Below are positions 50,194 through 62,853 of a stretch of 64,000 bases of DNA, piece by piece. The stretch lies in contig OX597826.1 of assembly GCA_951406725.2 (NCBI GenBank), positions 9,300,001-9,364,000 of the forward strand, given 5' to 3'. Within the stretch, counting starts at the first letter, position 1. Each line of letters opens with the position of its first letter. The notes below the pieces were generated by a model that ran no database searches, was not told where the DNA came from, and worked only from the letters and a program-made list of their open reading frames with translations. Position numbers and translations under genes: made by a program. Source of the stretch: Octopus vulgaris. Taxonomy: Eukaryota.

Positions 50194-52638
50194 ACACACA
50201 CACACACACATACATAAACATGCCATACATACATATACATATTCATTTATCTAATAATAGTTCTGGTGAGAATTAATATTAGGTCTGTTCATTTTGTTTC
50301 ATTTCCTACTGCTAAGGGGGAAGTCATTAATCAGAAGAATTGGTTGGACTTAATTTTAGGGTTCCCAACACACACACAAACACACATACTTTCTCCCTCT
50401 CACACACACACACACACACCTTCCCTCTCATACACTCCCTCCCTATGATACACCACAAATGTGAAAGAACTCACCATTGGTTTCGGCAAAGAATATTCAC
50501 ATTGTTCATTCAACTAGATTGCTTACTTATCAAAATGGCACTACAAGCAGCTGAATATTCCACAGACACTTCTTTAATCCCTGAGTTGTCTGGAAGCACG
50601 ACACAATGTGGGACACCAGTTTCAGTATATATATATCATCATTGTTTTAACATCCAACTAGTAATTCCAGCCAAATCTTCAAATTACAGTGTCTAATGTG
50701 CCTGGTATTTATTTAAAAAGAAAAGAAAAACAGGCACAGGCATGGCTGTGTGGTTTAGCAATTTGCTTCCCAAACACATAGCTCTGGGTTCAGTTCCTTA
50801 TCATGACGCTTTGGGCATGAGTCTTATACTATAGCCCTTGTGAGTGGGTTTAGTAGACAGAAACAGACAAAAAAAACAAACTATCGTATCTGTATGCACG
50901 TGTGAGTGTGGGTTTGTTTGTGTTGACATTGCATGATAGTTGTAAATGAGTGTCACTGTCATACAAGCGGTGTTGTTCATTCCCACTATTCTACAGACAT
51001 GTTTGGCAGTGGAAAAATGTTACTTTGCTTGGAAACAAGTGAGGGTTGGCAACAGGAAAGGCATCCAACCATATAAAATCTGCTTCAACAAACTCCATCC
51101 ACTCACTTCTCAATGCTTGCATGGAAAAGTGGGCATTAAAACAGTGAGGGAAGTGGTGGAGGTGATATAAAAAAAAACAGGATAGTCACAGCTGGAATAC
51201 TCTCAACCATATGTCAGCTTGCTCAATAAGGTTGACCTGAAGACAGACATCATCATTAACTGTCTATTTATCCTTCTAACCTGTTGACATTTCATCTCTC
51301 TCTAATGAAGGATTCTGCCCAAAACAGATTTTTCTTCTTCCTCTCCACATAAGATGTACTCCTGTTTGAATCATTATCAGCATCACATTGGCTGATATTT
51401 CCTTTAATACTCAATTACCTTATAATTTCACCTTTTCTGCAGTTAATGTTACACATGTAACAAATTATTCTCAACCCATTCATCACTTGTCTCTACAAAT
51501 CTGTTGCATTTGGCACCCGAGGGTCACTGCCACATGACTTTATACTCTTTATGCTTGGCTCTTGTGATAGTTCATAGTCAATATCTAAGAGAACAGAGCT
51601 TTCATATAAAAAATATAAAAAGACACCCTGCTGAGCCTACTTGACATGCATAATTTCACTTTATAAACACACGAAAGGAAACCCTCCTTGTGTATGTGGA
51701 TATGCGGATAGCTAAATGCATATGGATATAAGCACATGCGTGTGTATATGTATTTATGGCTGGGGTATAGGGTGTGTATACACCTCTGTGTTGATGTGTG
51801 TGTGTGAGAGAGAGAGAGAAAATGGATAGATACATATATGTAGATAGGTGGGTGCTTATGGGTATGAGTACATGTGTGTGTGTATGTGCATGTATGTATA
51901 TGTGTATGTGCATACATGTATATGTGTATGTGCACACTTGTATGTGTATGTATGTATTTATGGTTGGTTGCAGGATGCTTATACACCAGTGTGCTGATGT
52001 GTGTGTGTGTGTGTGTTTGTGTGTGCATGTATGAATGAATGGATATGTACATGTAAATGGCTGGATGCTTATGGGTATGTTCATACATGTATATGTGTAT
52101 ATGCACACCTGTCTGTGTATGTGCACACTTTGTGTATGTGAGAGAGAGTGAGAGGGATGGAATAAATCTATTTACAATATGTATCTTTTCTACTGTAGGC
52201 ACAAGACCCAAAATTTGTGGGGAGGGGCCAGTCAATTAGCTCAATCCCAGTATGCAACTGGTACTTAATTTATCGACCCCAAAAAGATGAAAGGCAAAGT
52301 CGACCTCAGTGGAATTTGAACTCAGAACGTAAAGACAGACAAAATACCACTAAGCATTTTGCCCAGCATGCTAATGTTTCTGCCAGCTCGCCACCTTCTA
52401 CTTACAATATGTATATGCAAGCAAGAATATAAATGCTTACATAATGATTAATTTATAATTAGTAAAGATCATCTTAAATCTATTGGTGTCAGAAATGGTA
52501 AGAAGAATTACAGGTCAGCTCAAGATCCAGAATGGGAAAATACCTTAATTTTCAAACAAATATATTTGCAAGGTATAATTTATATATTCTAACAATGTTA
52601 TTAGTATAATGTTATAAAAAAAGGAAGGAAACAAAATA

Positions 52639-53751
52639 CCGTAAATTCTGGGCTATAAGCCACTACTATTTTACTACACTTTGAACATTGAGGCCAATAC
52701 TATGGTATGGCTAATGCATGTATTTTTTTTTTTTGTCATGCCACGAAAAACATTTTGCCTTGCAACAGTAGACCAATCAAATTGATGAGTAGGTCACAGA
52801 GGTCCAATGAAATTGTGCGATAAGTCAAGAGCACTTTCACAATTCAGTTACGGGTATTGTAATGCTGTCATTTGTATTCACCCTCATCAACATGGAAAAC
52901 ACTCAAAGAAAAGCATATGATGCAGCTTTTAAGTTGAAGGTGATCAATCTGGTGGTTGAAGAAGGAAATCGAGCTGCTGCATGTAAACTTGGCATAAATG
53001 AAACGATGGTGAGATGGTGGAGACGCCAGTAGGAAGAACTGAGTCAGTGCAAAAAGACGATGAAAGCTTTCAGAGGTAACCATAGCAGATGGCCCGAACT
53101 TGAAAACTTTCTTGAAGATTGGGTTCACACACGAAGAGCAAGCAGCTGCGGTGTTTCCACCGTGCAGATCAGACTGAAGGCTAAAACAATTGCCACCGAA
53201 ATGAAAATTGAAGATTTTAGAGGTGGGCCATCATGGTGTTTTAGATTTATGAGAAGGAAAAGCCTGTCCAACAAGGCACGCACAACTTTGTGTCAGCAGC
53301 TCCCTCCCGACTACGAGGAAACTTGTTAACTTTCGCACATTCACTCAAACAAAGATAGTGGAGAATTCCATTGGGCCAGAAAATATCATAAATATGGATG
53401 AAGTACTTTTGACGTTTGAATGTTGTTGGTGCACTGTTCAGTAAAAAAGCATAAGCAACGTAATTTGTGTGTTACTGATATGTATGTATATTTAAAGGTA
53501 GCCATGTTACAGTCACTGGTCGAAAAAAAAGCATGTGCAATATGTGTTTGTTTATGTTACCATACGGATTAAATTAAAAGTTAAAAACTCCTCACATTTA
53601 ATATCTTTCTGTGTAAATATCTCATATTACAACATTGGACACCTGCAGCTTAAAATCCGGTGCGGCCTGTACAAGTACAAAATTGATTTTCTTTCTAAAA
53701 TTAGAGCATGCGGCGTTTAATTAGGTGTGCTCTATAGTCTGGAATTTACGG
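52639..53751 (+). mobile_element. Internally deleted pogo-superfamily (Passer/POGK-like) DNA transposon
   Basis: TIRs CCGTAAATTCTGGGCTATA / TATAGTCTGGAATTTACGG; TA on both sides. Confidence 0.9.
52892..53419 (+). pseudogene. pogo transposase N-terminal half (Brinker-type DBD, CENP-B HTH, first catalytic D)
   Basis: MENTQRKAYDAAFKLKVI...EGNRAAA..GINETMVRWWRRQ*...RWPELE...FRGGPSWCFRFMRRKSLS..RTT.CQQLP, frameshift, IINMDEVLLTF, then truncated. Confidence 0.9.
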
Positions 53752-53971
53752 TAAGCATTTCTTGATGATGTCAATGATGAAGAAACGACAACCATAGGGT
53801 TAGACACCTGTGTAAAGAACACCAAAGAATGGATGCTTTAACTGCTCGGCAAGCGTGAAACTATCAAAAACCTTGTACTCAATATCAGAAAAAGTGAAGA
53901 AATATAAACAATTGCAGTGTGGAAGGTGTTTGTAAGCCATTTAAGAAACGCATCTGATGCAGCATGGATTT

Positions 53972-54020
53972 TTGTCAGTGAACAGGTCGCTGTCTCAAAG
54001 CGACGAAAATATCTTGACAA
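53972..54020 (+). ncRNA. Hammerhead-like motif with G3-C8 swapped core
   Basis: ttgtca-GTGAACA-g-gtcgct gtctcaa agcgac-GAAA-atat-CT-tgacaa; enclosed by 47-bp inverted repeats 53906-53952 / 54059-54105. Confidence 0.55.
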
Positions 54021-54239
54021 ATTAAACTTAAATGTTGAAGTGAATCGAACGGCTTTTGTGTGTTTCTTAAATGGCTTACAAACACCTTCCACGCTGCAAT
54101 TGTTTTCGTTCCAGCACACGATCTCTGATCAAGTCACTTGCTATGCAAGTACATCTCCGTAATGAAGAAATATATAAAGGAATTAAAGATCAACAAGACA
54201 GAAGTGCAACCAGATGAAACGAACCCACTGTGGAAGTAA

Positions 54240-54915
54240 AATAAAAGCACAAACCAAATTGGATGGAATCTCAGAGCAGTGAAATGGATGGTAGAGTAAT
54301 GCATTGTACTACAAGAGCCAGCAATTCTGATGTTGATGCAAATATGACCCATCAATGATTGGCTGCATCTGGACCTAAATCAGAAACAGAAGGTTTCATC
54401 TGAGGATCAGTATCTGCTCATCAGATACTACCAAACAAGCATTTTTAGAAATGGTGTTGACCCTTTCTACTGCTTTTGTGGTGCAGCGAAGGAAACAGTT
54501 GACCACCTCATCTCTGGATGCTCCTTGCCAGCCTCAAATGAATTTACTAATCCCCATGATAGATTTGGCCAGTATTTGCACTGGATTAAATGCTGTAAGT
54601 CTGGACACCCATATGAGAAGAACTGGTGTGAACTTAAGTCTACCAAAGAAAATAAAAATATCATTTTTTGGGACTTTAATATTTAAACTAGTCAACCTAA
54701 TCAAACTATTGAGGCCAATAGACCAGATTTTGGGGTAAAAATTTATGCCAAAAATTCATTTTCTCATACATATGTCAGTCCCAGCATACTACAATACTAC
54801 AGTAAAATATTTTGGAAGGTTAATACAAGGACCTTGAAATAAAGGTACCAAATGTGTGGCATCTAAGAACAAAAACTCTAACTGTGATCATTAGAGCTTT
54901 GAGAGCTGTGATAAT
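54240..54915 (+). pseudogene. R4/Dong-like (RLE) non-LTR retrotransposon C-terminal fragment
   Basis: Across frameshifts: SGPKSETEGFI..EDQYL, FCGAAKETVDHLISGC..HDRFGQYLHW (CCHC region), IFWDF..IEANRPD, YKDLEI..VWHL (restriction-like endonuclease). Confidence 0.85.
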
Positions 54916-56527
54916 TTGATTTACAGAATTATAAATGTATAAATACAGGGGTAATTCAGTCTCCCTGATATAGGAAGACCTACAACTAAGGTTAATCAGG
55001 AAACCATATGGATGCAAACTCACTCTGACCACCAGGGGCAAGTACCCTCTCTCACCTGTTGTTCTCTGTACCAACAGGTGCATTCTTAGAGCAGTTCCAA
55101 TTACTGACCACAGTAATTGACTGGTATTTATTTTAATGATTCTGAAAGTATCACAGGTAAAGTTGACTTTAGTTGGATTTGAACTCAGAACATATGGAGC
55201 TGAAACAAATACTGTATTTTGTCTGACACTCAAACAACTCTGTTCTAATCTGTTGCTCTCAATGACATTAATTATGGCTCTCTTATTCTGGTAAAAGGTC
55301 AGAGATTTGTATAAAAGAGTTAGATTGTCAACTGATGCAAAATAAAATCAACAATTGGTGCAAGAGGATAGAAATGTTTTAGTTGATCCTGGTGGAATTT
55401 GAACTTAAGATTTGTTATTTCTCTTCAACATCATCTTTTAGATCCACTTCTTAGTCCTTGTCTGTGGCATGGTTGGCATCTTCATTAAATCTTACATTGT
55501 ATCTTGCTAAATCTTCATTAAATTGGGAAATGTTTCTCTTTCACAAGGCTCCTTGAACAGAATAAGGTTCTGTAGTATTATTTTTGTAATTCAAAATCGT
55601 GGCCAATAGTATATTTATTTTTTAGTCTTTTCAGAGCACGTTCAGTCAAAGCACATCCATTGATCATTTTGAATGTACAATGTTATCAGCTGAGAAAGTC
55701 TGTGCTCTTCCAATTAGCATTTCATTATTTGCTGTTTCTTGAAAATGAACTTGCAAGTGCAAATCTTAAAAGACAGTGGTGTCCAGTATTTATCTATTCT
55801 GCTTGTGTTTCTGTTATTGTCCAGTCCTTGCTACAATAGAACAGAATTGTTTCCCTGCAAACTTTGAAACGTAGCATTTTAATTCTATCCCTGTCTGAAT
55901 AATTCCAAATAAACTAAGCGTACATCGCTACCCATACTAATCAACTCAAAGCAATGCAACCAAGCAATATCAGGAATTTAATCTCTCGTGCTACTTCTGC
56001 AACTCTGTCAACTTATTTTTATAGCCAAGAACATATATTTCAAGTAGCTGCTTTGGAACACTAACCATTTGTGCCACTGATACTTGCCAACTTTGAAAAA
56101 AAAAAAATTTCTGAATTAATCCAAAGACCATAAATATAGGTGAAAGGTATTATTGATCCAGACTTTACTGATAATTACCATATCAACCTTAAAAAGACAA
56201 AGGACAAAATATCAATATTGGTAGGATTTGAACTCAGAACATTAAAGGAGGAAAACAAATACTGCAAAGTATTTTATCTGATACTTTACCTATTCTGCCA
56301 ATCTAAGTAAGATTAAATTATTTTGTGAGATGGGAATATCAAGTAGAAATGATAATGTAGAGAAAACATAGTTCTTCAATAGAAATTCAAAAGCGTCTCT
56401 TCAGATACCTCTATGCAAACAATTGACCTGCTAAAAACAGCAAGCCAGGTGTAAATTTCCTTCAAATATCATACTATCATCTTAAAAATGGATAAATATA
56501 CTAGCTAAAATATTGTGAATATAATTA

Positions 56528-56685
56528 CCATACTTATTCATGTATAAGTCACATCCCTAATTTAGTGTTAAATCTTCATATAAAATGTTTTGCTTGATTA
56601 GTTTTAGATTTGACCTGCATATGTCACACCCTCGTTTTTACAGTTAAAATCAAGTAGAGCATGAACTATACTTGAATAAATATGG
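56528..56685. mobile_element. Degenerate pogo/Tigger-type MITE
   Basis: CCATACTTATTCATGTATA / TATACTTGAATAAATATGG imperfect TIRs; TA on the left. Confidence 0.55.
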
Positions 56686-58228
56686 AAATGCACCAGAAAA
56701 GAAGCAAGGGTGGTAACAATTAGAATGCCAATCAATCAGTGAAGCTATTCTACAAAATCACATACCCCCCGACACACACACACAGCTATGCAATAACATA
56801 ACAAAGAAGCCTGTACTTGATTACAAGTCATGCTAGAAGTAGCAGCCAAATCTCCACCAAATTACATCATTTAATCTTTGTGTCTCAGAGATATCACTGA
56901 AATAACAGTGGTCAAGGCCTTAATGCTTTTGATCGTAGGTCTGCTTGATCACAAATGACCTCATGCTAAACAACAGACAAACAAACATACATATACAAGA
57001 GCATAAACAAAGGGAGCTTCACGGTTGCTTAACAAGCTAGAGAAAGCAGCCATATCTACCTCAAAATGCATCCTACTGTCATCAATAAGAAAATTACACA
57101 TCGGATACTATACCCAGACATACCCTGAAAATGACAGGGAAACTGCAACCAAAAAGCCTTCCTTTGATCAAAGAATTGCTCAATCAAGAATGATTTGGCA
57201 CTAAACAACAAGAAATACATACAAGAAAATACACATTTACACACAATATATCAATACATGTACTAAGAGTTAGTTATTTCTGCATATTTATGACAACATA
57301 CAGTATCAAAATTATCCAATAATTAATGTTTTCTAGATTTTTTCTCTCATTATCTTCGTTATTATTTCCCTATGTTTCCAACTAATATTATCTTCAATAA
57401 TTTTCTGATAAAATTTATTATCCGTAGGTTTTCTTTTCTCCTTCAATTTTTTTATTTTCATTGTTTAAAAATAAGGTTTGTTTGTTATTTTTACAGTGTC
57501 TATTTTAAGAAATTTAATGATTAAAATTTGTTTTGTTTATTGACAAGTATGGTTATTAAGTTTATGAAGATTTTAATATTTCTAATGTATAAAAGTACTG
57601 GTCACATTGAACTTAGATCTAAATTGGTTTGAATTAACTACTGTTAATTTGATTCGGGCAACCTTTTTGATCTGTGTTTTAGTGTTAAACTACAGTTATA
57701 TGTTGAGAAAGAAAGGAAGAAAAACAAACATTATCCTCTTCCATCTCCTTTCATCATCATTATCACCACCACCACCACACTGATATCAAAAGGAGAGCAA
57801 AAGAAATGTTTGAAAAAGGAAATAAGAATGATGATGTGAGATCTAATCAATTCCAGAAAATATAGAATTTGGATTGGATCCCACTGGCAGACAAGTTTAA
57901 AGAAAATTTTGGAATCTAAGTCTGCTGAAAATAGCAAACCAAATCTCTTTCAAATCACACAGTACCATCTTTAAAATGAGAAACAGACACTGGTGTTTAA
58001 TAATAGAGTCTGGAATAAACACTACCTGAAAGTTGTGAATGACAAGACCTAGGGTGGAGTTTGGGAGGTGGTAGCAGATCTTTTAGGGTATGAGCAGGGG
58101 CCCGAGTGCAGGGGGTGAAATTGCACCCCCTAAAATTTTGTTGGGGTGCAAAATTCAGCATTACACCTTCTACTTATCTTTCTCGGGCTTAGAAAATAGT
58201 GTTTAAAAATTGATCCATAAAAAGTATC

Positions 58229-58408
58229 TTGAATCCTGATGTTGAGGATGCTTTAGTTTAGTAATATATCTTTCTAGGCATTTTGGTGGGGTGGTGGTTC
58301 TTTTTATTAATTTTAGTTTTTATAAATTAATAAAAAGAACCACCACCCCACCAAAATGCCTAGAAAGATATATTACTAAACTAAAGCATCCTCAACATCA
58401 GGATTCAA
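58229..58408. repeat. Perfect 85-bp-arm palindrome with 10-bp spacer
   Basis: 58229-58313 is the exact reverse complement of 58324-58408 by eye. Confidence 0.95.
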
Positions 58409-59383
58409 ATTATGTCTGTGTGTGTGTGTGTGTGTGTGTAACAACAACAACAACAACCATGGCAACTCTTCAATACTAGCACAATTGATGCACTATTAAA
58501 CTCCACAATCCAGAGCCCTTCACAGTTCAGCCATCCACTTCCTTATTTTCTTGCAATACCACAAGTGACCCATCATCATCATCATCATTGTCAGCATGTT
58601 CTACTGCTTCTACCTTTTCCACAACTAAACAACAGCAACAACAATAAGCATTTGAAGTCACTCATCAAAAACTAGTACAATTGGTGACCTATCAAACAAC
58701 ACAAGTCCCAGCTCTTCTCCATAGTCAGGCCACTCAAATGCTTCTCAGAATAACACAAGATATCCATCACCATCACTGTCATCCTATTCTACTGCTACTA
58801 CCATTACCACTACTACTACTCCAATTAGTGAAGAATCACTCTTTTCTTCCCCCACTGTCCACCTCTGAATGTATACCTGACAGCTCCATCATAGATCTGC
58901 CAACTGTAAATAAAGTAAAATTATGAACGCACAAAACTCCAAAATATGCTGCTATTCACAATGTGAGAGACTATGCAGTGACTATAGCTTCACCCATTTA
59001 CCTTGGACAAGACACATAGTTCGTACAAACAATAACAGCCAAAGCCAAACCACATTTCTAAAATATATACACATGCATACTAACACACAAATACAACGGC
59101 TTCCACACAGTTTCCATCTGTCAAAGCTATGGTAAAAGATAGGTGCCTAAGGTGATACATCATCTTGGGATTGAACCTCGAACAGTGTGGTTGTGAAATG
59201 ATCTTCTTAACCATACACCACACATCTTTTAGTTTAAGACTATCACAAGACTTCTTTCTGCATGTATTGTCATGTGAGTGGGCTCTATTCATACTGATCA
59301 CTTTTCAGTCATAAAACTGGAATAATAGTGCAGTTATTTTAGTGTGGGTTTAGTATTAATACATGACCTATGTAATATGTAAA

Positions 59384-59940
59384 GGTACATGGCTCAGTGG
59401 TTAGAGCATCAAACTTATGATTGTGAGAAAGAGATGTAAAGAAATGTAGAGGGTGCAATGCTGAATTTTGCACCCCAACAAAATTTTAGGGGGTGCAATT
59501 TCACCCCCTGCTCTCGGGCCCCTGCTCATACCCTAAAAGATCTGCTACCACCTCTCAAACTCCACCCTAGGTCTTGTCATTCACAACTTTCAGGCAGTGT
59601 TTATTCCAGACTCTATTATTAAACACCAGTGTCTTTTTCTCTTTTTAAAGATGGTACTGTGTGAGTTTGAATCCTGGACCGGGCTGTGGGTTGTGTTCTT
59701 GAGCAAGACACTTTGTCATATTGCAGTTTACTCAGCTGTAGAAATGAGTTGCGACATTACTGGTGCCAAGCTGTATCGGCCTTTGCCTTTCCCTTGGATA
59801 ACATTGGTGGTGTGGAGAGGGGAGGCTGGTATGCATGGGCGACTGCTGGTCTTTCATAAACAGCCTTGCCCGGACTTGTGCCTCAGAGGGTAACTTTCTA
59901 GGTGCAATCCAATGATCATCCGTGACTGAAAGGGGTCTCC
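59384..59940 (+). mobile_element. SINE family E interrupted inside its tRNA head by an inverted local duplication
   Basis: A box TGGCTCAGTGG at about 59390; body resumes at GAGTTTGAATCCTGGACCGGG (about 59663). Confidence 0.85.
59446..59664 (-). repeat. Inverted duplicate of 57955-58173
   Basis: About 219 bp with 7 substitutions counted by eye. Confidence 0.92.
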
Positions 59941-62134
59941 AATGTAATATGTCAGAGTATTAAATATATCATGAAACATATAACAGGTCTTGGCTCCATA
60001 ATCTGAATAGCAAACCCTCTGATGAGACGAGATGATTAGATGAGCCTATCAGAAAATTCCTATGTAGTTGCTCAACCTGATAGAAATAATTAAGAAATCT
60101 TCTCCAAACCATACACATCTTATTGTCATAGTGAGAGAGACATTGAATAGTAAAGAGTACACTGTCTGGAAAAAGAGATGGAATGGTCATGGAAGGAACT
60201 AAACAGATGGTATTAAAAATTAGTTTTGAATTCGTCTTGATGACCATAACAAAAGAGAATTTGGTTGCTCCTAAATAGTCAGAAAGAGAGACCAGAAATT
60301 TAGCAGGAATTACAATGAATTTACTGAACATAGAAGATATACATTATATGAAATTATTTTAACATCAGAAACTGAGGAATAATTGTTTTTTAATGAAATG
60401 GAGACTAAAAGTGACAGTATGATAATAAATTGAACAGCTGGTATATTGTACCAAAGTGTCTAAATGAAATGAATAGCAGACAAAGTCATGTGACAGATAA
60501 GAGACAGACAGACAGGCAACAATGTTCTTTTGTTTATATATTAGTTACTTACAATTATAATTTTTTTTTTTTGTGGCTGGTATTTGTAATTTATTCTTTG
60601 CTGTTACTTCTCTTTTAATTATTAGTTAATCAGACTCGAAGTGCTGGCAGCAGTGTCCTTCCTCTTTTGAAAGTATTATAAGATAGTTGATATCAATTAT
60701 AAAAAAAAAAAATTACACCTAAGATGATGAGGTTTTTGCCTATGATCAGCTTAGACTGAATCTGACCTTATGGTCAGAAGTGTTCCAGCCAAAGCCATCT
60801 TGCCTTTTTTAGTAGTGAATAGGATTACAATATATTTATTTAAGTAGATGGTGAGGTGTGAGTTGAGGAAGATTTACTCACAATTTCTAGTAGGTCACGT
60901 GAACACAACAGAGTTCCTTCATTGGATTGCTGGAAGATATGAAAATGAGGGGTGAGTGAGTATTGCAGGAGGATGTAGATCTGGAGTGGAAGGGTTGGTT
61001 GGTTGGTTGATTCATCAAGAACAGAGTTTGGCGAGTAAGATACAGTAAGGATAATACTGTGTCACAAAATTAAAATTAAAAAAAAAATTTTTTTTGTCTT
61101 TGGTTAGTAAGTGTTATATCTTATTTGCTTCTATCTGGAAACCAAAGGAAATGACTACTATTCCCTTCAAACTTTGCTTTTGTGACCTGGACATCAATGT
61201 TTCGAAACTGACCTATTTTCCATTACATTTCAGACTGATTCAGCACTGAGTTGCTGAAGCAGAAATATCATTATAGCAAATATTCTGCTCAATACCCCAA
61301 ATTTGTTTGTCAGTAGCTTGACCTTAAATACTTGAGCTTGTCCCTTAGTGGCTGACAATATGTGCATCCTCTGATTACAAGCAGGAGTAATGGGACAGCA
61401 TCATAGCCATATGCTGAGAGGGATTCTTTGACATTTTAAATAAATGTAACAGAAGCGAAGCTGGAAGGAAATATTAGTCAGTTTCCATACTTTCTCGGGG
61501 TCAGAAAATAGGAAATAACAGTTGCTGCCCAAGGACAAGAATCATGTTACACAGGGTAATGAAATGAATAGAAGCACATGCACCCCCTACTAAAGTAGAA
61601 GTGGTACCTAACTTGTTACTTGAGAGAGACGAGTTATTTACAAGGGTAAAAAAAAAAAAAATTAAGGTGTAGGCAAGGCTTTGTAGTTAAGAAGGTTGCT
61701 CTACAACCATGTAGTTTGGGGTTCAGTCCCACTGTGCAGCTTATAGAGCAAGTGTCTTTTACTATAGCCTCAGGCCGACCAGTGCCTGTTGACCGAATAT
61801 GGTAGATGGAAACTGTGTAGAAGCCTGTTGTGTATATACATTTTTGTGAATGCCTTTGTGGGTGTGTTTGTTCCCCCCCACCCACCCATCAAGTGGCAAC
61901 TGGTGTTGGTTTGCTTATGTCCCTGTAACTTAGCAGTTTGGCAAACGATATTTATAGAATAAATACCAGACTTAAAAGGTAAAAACTGAGGACCATTGTT
62001 CAAGACAGCTCCTCGGTATGGTTGCTGTCTAATGACTGAAACTAGCAAAAGATGAAAGTAGTGTTGCTCAGTTGTTGATAGAAGCAAGTAGTGGCACTAC
62101 ATATTTAATATATGTGCACGCATGAATAACTACA

Positions 62135-62544
62135 TGTCTGGTAAGTTCACTGTCATCAGTTCATGGCAAGGAAAGTTCACTGTCATCATTTCATTGCAGG
62201 GAAAGTCCACCATCGTCAATTCACCATTCTTTTTTGCTTTATTTTTCAATAAAATAGTTTCTAACTATTAATGGTGAGATGCTATATTCTCTTTCTCTTT
62301 TCTCTTTTACTTGTTTCAGTCATTTGATTGTGGCCATGCTGGAGCACCGCCTTTAGTTGAGAAAATCGACCCCAGGACTTATTCTTTGTAAGCCTAGTAC
62401 TTATTCTATCAGTCTCTTTTTACCGAACCACTAAATTACGGGGACGTAAACACACTAGCATCGGTTGTCAAGCGATGTTGGGGGGGACAAACACAGACAC
62501 ACAAACATATATGCACACACACACACACACACATACATACTTAC

Positions 62545-62586
<42 letters not shown>

Positions 62587-62853
62587 GATGGGCTTCTTTC
62601 AGTTTCCGTCTACCAAATCCACTCACAAGGCTTTGGTCGGCCCAAGGCTGTAGTAGAAGACACTTGCCCAAGGTGCTATGTAGTGAGACTGAACCCAGTT
62701 GGTGAGCAAGCTACTTACCACACAGCCACTCCTATGTCTACTATGAATATATTTTCTCAGTAAACTTTCCTCATGGTGAACTTTCTTCATGATGAATTGA
62801 AGGCAGTGAACTCTCCTGCAATGAACTGATGGCAGTGAACTTACCTGTAATCA
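62135..62853. mobile_element. Mutator-like foldback MITE with internally repetitive TIRs, split by SINE B
   Basis: GGTAAGTTCACTGTCATCAGTTCAT / ATGAACTGATGGCAGTGAACTTACC arms built of ~15/30-bp units; AATAACTACA at 62125-62134 and 62854-62863. Confidence 0.7.

Noticed and set aside
50466-50620. Minus-strand ATG|GTGAGT splice donor
   Set aside because: Lies in what appears to be a decayed repeat tail; no upstream exon evidence.
51585-52235. 216-aa His/Thr-rich ORF
   Set aside because: Degenerate (TG/TA)n sequence running into a SINE A tail.
60015-60070. CTGATGA...GAAA motif
   Set aside because: No stem I, II or III pairing; likewise for CTGATGA at about 6150, 9490, 36225 and 63960.
62140-62230. 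CRISPR-like repeat array
   Set aside because: No unique spacers; the units are mirrored at 62770-62845 as TIR subrepeats; eukaryotic context with no cas genes.
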